This document shows, one piece after another, positions 1 through 10,570 of a stretch of 64,000 nt of DNA. The translations under genes were made by a program, and so were the position numbers. The notes under the pieces were generated by a model, which did not search any database, was not told the origin of the DNA, and saw nothing but the letters and a program-made list of their open reading frames with translations. The first letter of the stretch is position 1. Each line of letters begins with the position of its first letter. The stretch is from the human T2T-CHM13v2.0 reference genome, Homo sapiens, in the NCBI RefSeq assembly GCF_009914755.1, contig NC_060929.1; one strand, written 5' to 3'.

Positions 1-232
1 GTCCAAACCCCTGTTTGGAGGACCCAAGCCTCCAACTAGGGGACCTGGACCCTCAGTTACCAGGCCCTCTAAAGAGTATGGAGGAGCAACGTCAAAGAAT
101 CCCGGAACTGAGGGAGAGGAAGAATAGAATAGGTGCTTCAAATGTGGAAGAGCAGGCCACTTCAAAAGAGAATGCCCCCAGTGGGAAAAAGAAAAAGAAA
201 TTGTTCTGCTCATGGCATTCAAGGAGGAATAA
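1..232 (+). pseudogene. gag: ERV gag C-terminus with nucleocapsid CCHC zinc knuckle
   Basis: Frame from 134 reads CFKCGRAGHFKRECP (CX2CX4HX4C) and ends at TAA 230-232, in the same frame as the protease. Confidence 0.9.
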
Positions 233-3200
233 GGAGGTCAGGGGCTCTGTCTTTTCTATCTCAAGTCCCACCAAGAGCTCTTGATAAATTTAGAGGTGGG
301 ACCCAAACATAAGCTTATCACCTTTTTAATAGATTCAGGGGCTGCTGGTTCCTCTGTTTGCTATCGGCCCTCTAATATAAACTGCTCATTAGGGGAACTT
401 CTTGTCTCAGGGGTGAAAGGGGAAGGATTTAAAGCCAAAGTTTTAGAAGAAACAAAAGTTAAATACAAAAATCAATCAGCCAGTATTAAATTCCTGCTAA
501 TCCCTGAAGCAGGAACAAACCTGTTAGGAAGAGACCTGATGTTAATACTAGGCATAGGCCTGCATGCCTGCCCTGAAGGATTTTTCACTTCATTGAACCT
601 GCTCACCACCACAGAAAAAAGTTACATTCATCCCAATGTGTGGTCAAAAGAAGGGAACCAAGGGAAACTAAGAATCTCCCCCAGTTCATATAAAGTTGAA
701 AACCCCTGGGGAAATAGTAAGGAGAAGGCAATATCCAATTCCTCTAGAAGGCAGGATAGGCCTGAAAACTGTGATTGAAGGTCTTGTTCAGGATAAGTTA
801 CTTGAACCCTGTATGTCTCCATATAATACTCCTATATTACCTGTAAAGAAATCAGATGGGTCATATCAACTAGTAAAAGACCTCTGGGCCATGAACCAAA
901 TAGTCCAAACCACTCACCCTATTGTCCCCAATCCATATACTATCCTCAGCAACATTCCATATGACCATCAGTGGTTTACAGTAATAGATTTAAAGGATGC
1001 CTTTTGGGCATGTCCCTTAGCTGAAGACAGCCAAGACATACTTGCTTTTGAATGTGAAGATCCTCATTCAGGGCGGAAGCAACAATACTGCTGGATGGTC
1101 CTGCTCCAAGGATTTACAGACTCTCCTAACCTGTTTGGCTAAATTCTTGAACAAATTTTAGGGAAGATATCTGTCCCAGAGTCTATATACATGCTCCAAT
1201 ATGTAGATGACATACTTGTGTCTGGGGAAACTCATAGAACAAGGATCTGATTTCTTCATCAGTCTTCTCAATCACCTGGAAGGGGAGGGATTACAGGTAT
1301 CAAAGGGGAAGCTCCAATTCGTATAGCCTGAAGTATTTAGGGCACTTGATAAGTGCAGGCAAGCGAAGAATAGGACCCAAAAGAGTTGAAGGAATTGTGT
1401 CCTTACCCCTGCCTAGTACAAAACAAGAGCTTAGAAAATTTTTAGGGCTAGTTGGATATTGCCACTTGTGGATTGATTCAGATGCTCCAAAAGTCAAGTC
1501 TCTGGACTCCAAGCTTACCAAGAAAAACCCCACCCCCTCCGTGGGGCCCCAGAGGAAGTCAATGATTTTAAAGAATTGAAACATTTACCCATAACTGCCC
1601 CTGTTTTAGCTCTGCCTTCCCTCAAACAACCATTTCACCTGTTTGTCAATGTAAATAAGGGAGTAGCTTTAGGAGTGCTTACCCAAGAACATGGGGGCCA
1701 CTGGCAGCCCGTGGCCTTTTTGTCAAAAATTCTAGATCCAGTAACCTGTGGATGGCCCAAATGTATTCAATCTATAGCGGCCACTACTTTGTTGATTGAG
1801 GAAAGTAGAAAGCTAACCTTTGGGGGAAAATGAATTGTTAGCACACCTCATCAAGTTAGAACAATGTTAAACCCAAAGGCAGGTAAATGGCTTACAGACT
1901 CAAGAATTTTAAAATAAGAAGCCATTCTATTAGAAAAAGGTGACCTCACCCTCACCACTAACAGTGCCCTTAACCCTGCTGCTTTCCTAACTGGGAATCC
2001 AAACCCCAAAGATCCTGAACATGATTGTTTAGATCTCATTGACTACCATACTAAGGTTAGACCTGATTTAAGAGAAACCCCTTTTGAAACAGGACGTCAT
2101 CTTTTTATAGATGGCTCCTCCCGGGTGGTTGAAGGAAAAAGACACAATGGATACTTTGCCATAGATGGAGTTCTTGCCGAAATAGAATCTGGAAGATTGC
2201 CAAATAATTGGTCTGCTCAAACTTGCAAATTGTTTGTGTTAAATCAGGCTCTAAAATATTTATGAAAGCAAGAAGATACCATCTATACCTACTCCAAGTA
2301 CGCCTTTGTGGGTAGTGCACACCTTCGGAAAAATTTGGACTGAGCGGGGTCTAATTAACAGCAAAGGGCAGGACCTTGTCCACAAAGGATTAATCACTCA
2401 AGTTTTAAAAAGCTTACAATTACCTGAAGAAATAGCTGTTGTGCATGTCCCAAGGCACCAGAAAATTTCTACCTTTGAAAGCCGAGGAAATAACCTTGCT
2501 GATCAAATTGCAAAACAAGCTGCCCTCTTTCAAAAAGCACCTATCTTCTACCTGACTCCCTGTCTCTCTCCCCTAGTTGCAATCCCTATCTTCTCTCCCG
2601 CTGAAAAGGAAAAGTTAGAGAAACTAGTAGCTAAGGAAAACTCAGAAGGGTAGTGGGTGTTACCAGACCAAAGGGAAATGCTTTCCAAACCACTTATGGG
2701 AGAAATCCTGTCCCGACTACATCAAGGGACTCACTGGAGACCTCAAGCTATGTGTGATGCAGTTCTTAGAGTCTATGGATGTATAGGAATTTATACCTTA
2801 GTAAACCAAGTTGTGGACAGCTGCCTAATATGTAAGAAAACTAATAAACAGGCCCTAAGGAAACAAACTTTTGGGGGCAGAAGCCCCAGATTAAGGCCAT
2901 TTCAAAGTATTCAAATTGACTATGCTGACATGCCCCCACTAAGTCACCTTAAATACCTAATAGTAATAGTAGACCACCTCACTCATTGGGTTGAAGCCAT
3001 TCCTCTCCTCAGTGCAACAGCTAATAATGTGGTTTAAGTATTACTAGAGAACATAATACCTTGGTTCAGGCTACCAGAAAATATTGACTCAGACAATGCA
3101 ACTCATTTTACTGCAAATATCATTAAAGGGCTTATTCAAGCTTTAGGAATCAAATGGGAGTATCATACCCCCTGGCATCCATCCTTGTCAGGAAGAACAG

Positions 3201-3690
3201 ACAGGATGAATCAGACTTTTAAGAATCATCTAACTAAGTTAATTTTAGAAACTCTATTACCCTGGACTAAGTGTCTCCCCATCGCTCTACTCAGGATTGG
3301 AACTGCCCCTCGAAAAGATGTTGGCCTATCCCCTTAGGAAATGCTCTATGGGTTACCATACTTAAGCTCCAGTAGTGATATTCCCACTTTTGAGACCAAA
3401 GATCAATTACTTAGGAACTATATACTTGGTCTATCTTCTACTTTATCTTCCTTTAGGACTAAAGGTCTCTTAGCACAAACCCCACCTCTTGAGTTTCCAG
3501 TCCATCAGCACTGGCCCGGAGACTACGTCCTCATTAAGAGCTGGAAAGAAGAGAAACTTGAACTGTCCTGGGAGGGACCATATCTAGTGCTCCTAACAAC
3601 TGAAACTGCAGTCTGAACCACTGAGAAAGGATGGACCCATCACACCTGAGTCAAGAAAGTGCCCCCCCGAATCCAGGGCTATGGGCTATA
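233..3690 (+). pseudogene. pol: ERV pro-pol, disrupted
   Basis: Protease FLIDSGA and NLLGRD; RT SPYNTPILPVKK, VIDLKDAF, LLQGF and QYVDD (~1197-1211); RNase H FIDGSS (~2104); integrase HHCC (LHQGTHW...CLIC), IQID and GPY module WEGPYLVLLTT. Broken into several ORF fragments. Confidence 0.93.
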
Positions 3691-5630
3691 GTCCCAGGGG
3701 AAAATCCTACCAAACTAAAGCTAAGGAAAGTTTAACTCTCTTTCATTTATTCTATTACTCCTTCTTCTTTCCTTTTTCTGTTGCTAGCCACCTCATTATT
3801 AATGTAACTAGATTAGACTCACCCCAAACCATTACCTTTGATGCTCGTTTAGTTATTTCTTGTGGGGATCTCCAAAGCCAGAGACAGCTTGCAGCAGCAG
3901 AGAAATATCTCTGCCCCATCCACAGCAGATGCTTCTAAATTGTTTAAGTACCTGTTTTGTCATACTTGGGAATATGTCATTTGGACCACTCAATGTCAAG
4001 ACTGGGTCCCCTCAGAGGATTTCCCGCTAGCAGTTCTAAAGCCCTATAACCATTTTACTAAAGGAAGTGCCCCTCCCAACTGTCAACATAACCAGTGTAA
4101 CCCTGTGCAAATTTCCATCACCATCCCAACTCTCCAAGATTCCTCCCCTACCCTAAACTGTTTTTATGGTATGGGAGCAGATGTAACAGGAAAAGACCCT
4201 ATAGGTTTCTTCGAGTTGCACCTCATTACATCCTCATCCCTCACATTTCCACCTCTATCCTCTTCTAAACCTGCTGACCAGACCACTGTCTCTTCTCCAC
4301 CTAATGACAAAACCAACATAGCTATTGTAGAGGTTAAAAATTTAAAACAAACACTGGCAATTGAAAAAGGATACCACGATGCAAATGCCTGGATGGAATG
4401 GATTGAATATTCTGTTCGCACTCTAAATAAAAGTGACTATTACGCTTGTGCGCATGGTAGGCCAGAGGCCCAAGTTATCCCCTTTCCACTTGGATGGTTT
4501 TCTGACCAGCTGGGCATGAGCTGTAAGGTGGCACTTTTCCAAGACCCCACAGCCTGGGGTAATGAATTCTGTCGAACTTTCTGCTATTCCCTGAAGTTCA
4601 ACATCGTGCAGGTCAGCCCCTGAGAGCCATCCAGCCTCCATCTCCAGACACCAATTTTACTTCTTGTCTCTCACTACAGGGACAACATTTGGCATTTCTT
4701 GGAGACTTGAAGGGATGCAGTGAGTTTAAATCTTTCCAATAGCTTACCAATCAGTCCGCCCTTGTTCATCCCCATGCTGATATATGGTGATATTTTGGTG
4801 GACCTCTACTGGACACTCTGCCAAGTAACCGGAGAGGCACTTAGGCTTTAACTCAATTGGCCATCCATTTCACCCTGGCATTTCATCAACCAGAAAAAGG
4901 GAAACCACAACACCATAAAACGAGAGAGGCCCCTCATGGATCTTTCAACTCTCATGTTTATATAGATGCAATTGGAGTCCCACAGGGGATACATGATAGA
5001 TTCGAAGCCCAAGACCAAATAGCTGCAGGATTTGAATCATTATTTCCATGGCTAACTATTAATAAAAATGTAGATTGGATAAATTACATCTATTATAACC
5101 AGCAGTGACTAATTAATTACGCTAGGGATGCTGTCAAAGAATTAGCCAAACAATTAGGGCCTACTAGCCAGATGGCTTGGGAAAACAGAATGGGCCCTAG
5201 ATATGATATTAACAGAAAAAGGTGGAGTTTGTGTTATAATAGGAACCCAATGCTGCACCTACATTCCCAACAATACAGTCCCTGATGGAAAAATTACAAA
5301 AGCTTTACAAGGTCTTACCTCCTTATCAAATGAATTAGCCACAAATTCTGGGATAAATGACCCTTTCACAGGATGGTTAGGGAAATGGTTTGGTAAATGG
5401 AAAGGACTCATGGCCTCTATTGTTACTTCTCTTGCAATCGCAATAGCTGTGTTTATTCCTGTTGGATGCTGCATCATACCCTGCATTCGTGGACTAGTCC
5501 AAAGACTTATAGAAACAGCTGTTACCAGCACCTTCCTTAGTTCTTCCCAATCTTATACTAATAGATTATTTCTCCTGGAAGAACAACAAAGCTGAGTCAT
5601 GTTAGGTAAGTTTGAATAACAAAATATATA
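3690..5630 (+). pseudogene. env: ERV env, disrupted gamma-type envelope
   Basis: SU fragments (3862-4623 ORF), furin-like site HKTR/EAP (~4912-4930), ISD remnant ENRM..DMILTEKGG, CX6CC (CVIIGTQCC) and hydrophobic anchor LMASIVTSLAIAIAVFIPVG. Frameshifts and stops throughout. Confidence 0.9.
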
Positions 5631-5651
5631 AATTCAAGAGGGGGAAATTGC

Positions 5652-6074
5652 TGTTAAGAACAAACAGTTCCTCTTCAAAGGGTTTCAGTTCCTGGTTCTG
5701 TGTTCTATTCTAAAAGGTAATCGTAACCATTCATCTATCAGCCCTCCCTATCTCTGCTATGCCCAAACACCCCAAGATGTACCATACCTGTCCTTCCTGT
5801 CAAACACCCCTTGCCTCCTTTGATGATGCCAACAGTAGACAATCGGAATTAGCCTAGATTGTGTGGTCTGACCCCGGTCCACAGCAGGATAACACAGGAA
5901 CAGGGTCTGTGTTAGGGATTAAAAAAACGCCTGCTCTCCTTTGTTTTGTGTGCTCTCCCTTTCCTCTGCCTTGTAAGCAAGAGGTGCCCTTCTGTAGAAG
6001 TAAATTTCCTTGCTGAGAAAACTTTTGCCTGAGTGCTAGTTTCACTTTGTGGCATTGAATATTTGTTTCTAACA
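5652..6074 (+). mobile_element. 3' LTR, LTR10 family (subfamily uncertain)
   Basis: Preceded by PPT AAGAGGGGGAAA (5636-5647); starts TGTTA, ends TAACA; AGTAAA polyA-like signal at 5999-6004. Confidence 0.82.
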
Positions 6075-6284
6075 ATAAGAACACTTAGATCCACACATGC
6101 CTGAAGCTATCATAGGCTTATCCATACAAACTAGTGAATATTTGCCTTGGGCCAACTTGAGTTAGGTTTCTGTCACTTCACTGAAATGAGTCCTAACTAA
6201 TGCACTTCTGGATGGAATGGACCGAGCAGTGCATTAGGCACTGCTCTCCAGAAACTGTTTCTTAAAGATCATTAATACTAACAA

Positions 6285-6530
6285 CAATAGCTGATATTTA
6301 TTGAGTGCTTACTATATACCAGGTATCATTTTAAGCACTTTGCTTGGGTAAAATCATTAAAACCTCACAATAACTCTACGATATTACTATTATCTCCTGT
6401 TTACAGATGAAAAAACTGAGGCACAGAGAGATTAAGAAACTTGTTCTCAGGTTATACACTTGTAAGTGGAAGATTTGAGACTCAAGCCGAGGAAGAGTTC
6501 CACACCTGTGCTATTCTACACTGCCTCAAG
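6285..6530 (-). mobile_element. MIR SINE
   Basis: MIR core TTTACAGATGAAAAAACTGAGGCACAGAGAGATTAAG with the typical ATTTATTGAGTGCTTACTAT end. Confidence 0.85.
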
Positions 6531-7289
6531 AGTCAGCATATCCAGTGGCCTTTTCTCATTCTCTTTAGCCTCTTTGTCCAGTTCGACTATGCATTTGCTC
6601 TTCAAACTTGCATAGAAAGCTTTAGGTTTCCAGTCCTTCTATTAGGAACTTCTTTAGGTTTTCTTCTGCTCTGCCTCCTAAATCTAAGGTTTTCCTAATA
6701 ATTCTCTGCTCTTTTCTTGGTAATCTCACATACCTCTGTGCATTAACTCAAACCTCTAATTTTGAACTTCCTGCTGTTTCCAATTCACCCAATGTCCTGC
6801 TAGGGCCTCAAATGGCATGAATTGCATCACACAATGTTGGGTTTGTAGGAAGAAATTAAATTTTTTTATTATTTCAGTCTTGTTGGAAATTATAATTTAT
6901 GCTAGAGGTTATAAAATTCAACCGTTAGGTAATGAGATTATTGACACAGGTGCTTTGGGAGGACTAAAGATTCAGCTAGCCATTATATCCGGTGTGATGA
7001 GAGATAATGTTAGTTAATATTTAGATACTAATTACCTAGTAGTTAAAATAAATCTGTACTTATTTTGTATCTTATAATCATAAAGCTGAGTTTTTGTCTG
7101 TCTTTTTACTAAAATGTAAATGATCTTCCTGAAATATTGAAAATCATACTCTTCGTTTGTACCTTTGAGATGATGAATATTTGTTAAGATGTTTATTAAA
7201 GGAAAAAGTGTTTCTTCACTTCTGGTTGTAAAATGACTGGAGAGGTTGTTTTTAGTTTATCACACCTGTGCAAATTAATTCCTCTCTAG

Positions 7290-7448
7290 AGTCATGGGTT
7301 CTCATACTTGACTTTTCTTTAGAATCATCTGATATCCCACATCAAGAAATTCTGATTGAATTGTACCACAGTAAGAACAGGGCATTGGTATTTTCACAAG
7401 CACTCCAGGTTATTCCAATGTGCTTCCAAGGTTGAGAATCATTGCTCA
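7290..7448. mobile_element. MER5A-like hAT-Charlie MITE
   Basis: GGTTCTCA...TTAGAATCATCTG...AGGTTGAGAATCATTG terminal pattern. Confidence 0.65.
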
Positions 7449-7464
7449 GAAGTTACACTTTTTA

Positions 7465-7621
7465 AGGTTGCTCAATAAATATGGGACACCCAGTTAAATT
7501 TTAACTTTTAGTAACCAAATATTTTTAGTGTGTTTTATACTAAGAATTAATTCACTGTTTATCCAAAATTCAATTTTAACTGGGCATCCTGTGTTTTTAT
7601 TTGTGAAACTTGTCAACCTTA
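7465..7621. mobile_element. MER53-like palindromic MITE, centrally deleted
   Basis: Inverted arms GGACACCCAGTTAAATT and AATTTTAACTGGGCATCC; termini AGGTTG...CAACCT. Confidence 0.7.
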
Positions 7622-7779
7622 TCATTTCTCTGAGTTCATCCCTGTGATTTCATCAGAAATAAGAGATTATATTACATTACTGAATTAGAAAGCATCAAGA
7701 CTTTCATCTTGTCTTTCTTCTTTCAGTCCTGTTTGTAATAAATCTTGTACCTCCAAAAGTTTATTTCTTTAAAAAGGAA

Positions 7780-8137
7780 GCACTGCAAATTCAGCCAGGA
7801 GGCCAATCTTTTCCTCTAGAAGTTACCCACATTCTCCCTCTTGGGTGTTTCCAGGGTGGTTCCCTCCCGGAAAGGAAGGTCAAGTCTCTCTCAGGCTTCA
7901 AAGCTCTCTGACATTTCTTGCCATCTCATCTTTCTGATTCTAGGTGGAGAAAGTTTTCTGCTTTTAAAGATTCATGTGATTAGGCTGGGCCTACGTAGGT
8001 AATCCGAAATAGTCTCCCTATTTGGGTCAGTCACTTTTATGACATCAGTAAAGTCCCTTTTCTATATACTGTAACATCTTTGCAGGATCCAGAGATTAGA
8101 ATGTGGACATTTTGGGGGAGCCATTCTGCCTACCACA
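7780..8137 (-). mobile_element. MLT1 (MaLR) LTR fragment
   Basis: Ends GGACATTTTGGGGGAGCCATTCTGCCTACCACA, the reverse complement of an MLT1 start. Confidence 0.65.
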
Positions 8138-8599
8138 GTTGTTGCGGGTGTCACCTTCACTTCTCTTTTCTATCAGATTCTCTGTCTAACCACTTTGTTA
8201 TAGAATACATCCTCCAATTGCTTCCTGAGAAAGAATGCATGAAAATACTATTTAAACCTTTGTATATTTGAAAATGTCTTTTTAAACCTCATACTTCATC
8301 AATTTCAAAATTGGAAATCATTTTTTTCTCAGAATTTATCTTTTATTTATGTTTCTGTTGAGAATCCAATGCCATTCTGATTTCTAAATCTTCATAAATC
8401 ACCTCCTATTTTTTCCTCCATGAAAGTTAAGATCTCTCTGACTCATGTGGTTTGAAATTTCACAACTTGGTTATAGAAAATTTTTATCCATTAAACTGAG
8501 AGCTCATGTGCTTCTGTCCTTTAGCTCTGAGAACTGTTGTCCTCGTTTTCTTTGGTAATTATCTTTCTTCTCTTTGTTCTACTAGCTGTTAGATATTCC

Positions 8600-9070
8600 A
8601 CCTTTCCTTGCCTAACTGCCCTGGCTAGTGCCTCCACTATAATGTTGAATAGAAGTAGCAACAATTGACATCCTTGTCTTATTCCTGATTTTAGGTGAAA
8701 ATGTTCATTCTTTCAAGATTAAGTATGATGTTAATTATGGATTTTTCAGAGGCTCTTTATTAGGTTGAAGAAGTTTCCTTTTATTCCTAGTTGAAGTGTT
8801 TATATCAAGAAAGGGTGTTAGATTTTGTCAATTGCTTTTCCTTCATCTTTTGAGATGATCATGTGGTTTTTACATTTAGTCTATTTAAAGTAGTGTGTTA
8901 CATTAATTTTGTATGTCACACCAAACTTGCATTCCTGAGATAAATCCTACTTGGTCATGTTGTATAATTTTTTAAAATGTTGCTGGGTTTGGCTTGCTAG
9001 TATTTTGTTGAGGATTTTTATGTTACTATGCATAAGGTATATTGGTCTGTAGTTTTCTCGTGATGTCTTT
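8600..9070 (-). mobile_element. Old L1M ORF2 fragment
   Basis: ATGTTGAATAGAAGT..CATCCTTGTCTTATTCCTGAT..AGTATTTTGTTGAGGATTTTT, typical antisense L1 ORF2. Confidence 0.8.
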
Positions 9071-9719
9071 CATTTTGTTCTTTATTTCCTTGTATTTCCA
9101 GATGGGAAGTCACTGCATACAGCCCTAATCTTAGGACAAGTTTCCAAGTAAGCCACTTCAGGCAAATAAAAATTTCTGTATCTAGCAGAGAAACAAAGCT
9201 GTATATTTTTTTTGAGGTTCCCTCCTAGCTCCCTTCCCTCTCCTCAAGCCAACTAATAAAACTTGCTTTTTATATTCCGAATCTTATTTATAGTCGTTTG
9301 ATCATCTATGAGGCACCTGCAAGTCAACATTTACTGCACGCGGCCCCCTCACTCCCTAAATAAGCACTTTTGATTTACCGCCAGTCATCAACTCACCTCC
9401 CAACTGCAATTTGTCAAGAGTAGTGTCAGGTGCACTTTAGTGGTTAATCTCCTTGCACATCGGTGGAACTTTAGGCACAAGAAGGTAAGCAACGAAGATA
9501 GTGATATACGAAGGGAAAACTAAACCCAGGTAGCGTTGCCAGCTTAAAAGTCCTAGGCATGGGGATGGGTGGATGGGACGCCGGCCTAAGATTTTAGCAG
9601 GGAACAGACCCAGTAGTTGGCTTGGATCTCTTAACTCCAGAAAAGGCCGAGTGAGGACAAGGGAGACCACAGGGATAATTTCTGTGGCTCTGGTAAGGGG
9701 ATGACAAGGGAGAAAAACT

Positions 9720-10570
9720 TTCCCACGGTTCCGTCTGGCCCGCGGCGCTTGTCTGCCTGCGCGGGGTCAAAGCCCGGCGCCGCCCACGCGCGGCTCGGGT
9801 GGGAACCCGCAGACGTGGGGCGAGCAGGGCCGCTGGCTGTGGCGGGCGAGCGCCGGGGCGCCACGTCCGAGGCCGCGGGGTCGGGGCTGCAGGCACAGCT
9901 CGAGCGCTTTCCGCGGGGTTTGGCTCCTGTCGCTTCCCGTCTCGCCGAACCGGCATCGCCGCCGCCGGAGCCGCAGCGAGTCCTCAGAGCCTGGCTGCTG
10001 GCGGCCGGGAGCGCCGGGACGGGGCGCGAAGCCGGAGGCTCCGGGACGTGGATACAGGTAAAGGCCGGCGGGTCGGAGTCGGGCGGGGCGCGGCGGCGGC
10101 GCCTCTCGGAGGGACCTGGCCTCGGCCGGGCCCTACCCAGCCGCGGTGGCCCGGGCCCCCACGTTGGCCCAGGCGGGGACGTGCCAAGGGGCTGGGCTAG
10201 GGTTGCCGCTGGCCTGGCCGCCTCTCGCCCGGCGGGCCTCAGGTGACGCGGCCGCGGCTTAACTTTCGCACCTGAGGCTCTCGGAGCGGCCTCGGGGCGC
10301 GCCCACCTGGAGGTTGGAATTACACAGGGTCGAAAAAGCTGAGTCCTGGAGGCGAGGCGCTGTAGGTGTGGCGGAGGAGGCCGGGGAAGGTGGGGTGGGT
10401 GCCAGGGGTCCAGTACTGAACCCTCTCCAGGTCTGAGGTGGGGAACTGCGTCTTGTTTAATTTCGGAGCTTGTGGGGACCACACAGCCCCTTCCACGGCC
10501 GATTCCCTCTGCACGGTTCCACTTTCCTTTGTCTAGCCCATTTCAGTATCGGCGTCGCAGTCGCTTTTGT
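9720..10570 (+). promoter_or_regulatory. RNF180: CpG island / RNF180 promoter
   Basis: Abrupt GC- and CpG-rich segment in AT-rich surroundings; GC box GGGCGGGGCG at 10081-10090; no obvious TATA; upstream of the RNF180 coding exons. Confidence 0.93.
9940..10057 (+). other. RNF180: RNF180 exon 1 (5' UTR); start approximate
   Basis: Good donor CAG|GTAAAG at 10057/10058 inside the CpG island. The next exon starts with the ATG, so a 5' UTR exon is required. The TSS cannot be fixed from sequence. Confidence 0.7.

Larger units (their letters stand above)
1..6074 (+). mobile_element. Defective class I endogenous retrovirus, HERV-I/HERVIP10 group with LTR10-type 3' LTR; 5' part lies upstream of the window
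   Basis: Colinear gag NC, protease, RT, RNase H, integrase, env, polypurine tract and a TG...CA LTR, with many stops and frameshifts. Family call from recall of the LTR ends (TGTTAAG...TTCCTCTTCAAAG and GCTGAGAAAACTTTTGCCTGAGTGCT...TTTCTAACA). Confidence 0.9.

Noticed and set aside
3862-5595. Env ORFs as a possible co-opted syncytin-like gene
   Set aside because: Split by several frameshifts and stops, and the SU CXXC reads YYAC; no full-length envelope is possible.
7465-7621. MER53 hairpin as a miR-1302-family precursor
   Set aside because: The central segment that should carry TTGGGACATACTTA is absent.
9594-10514. Long minus-strand and overlapping ORFs in the CpG island (up to 283 aa)
   Set aside because: Pro/Arg/Ala/Gly-rich with no domain; expected from stop-codon scarcity in GC-rich DNA.
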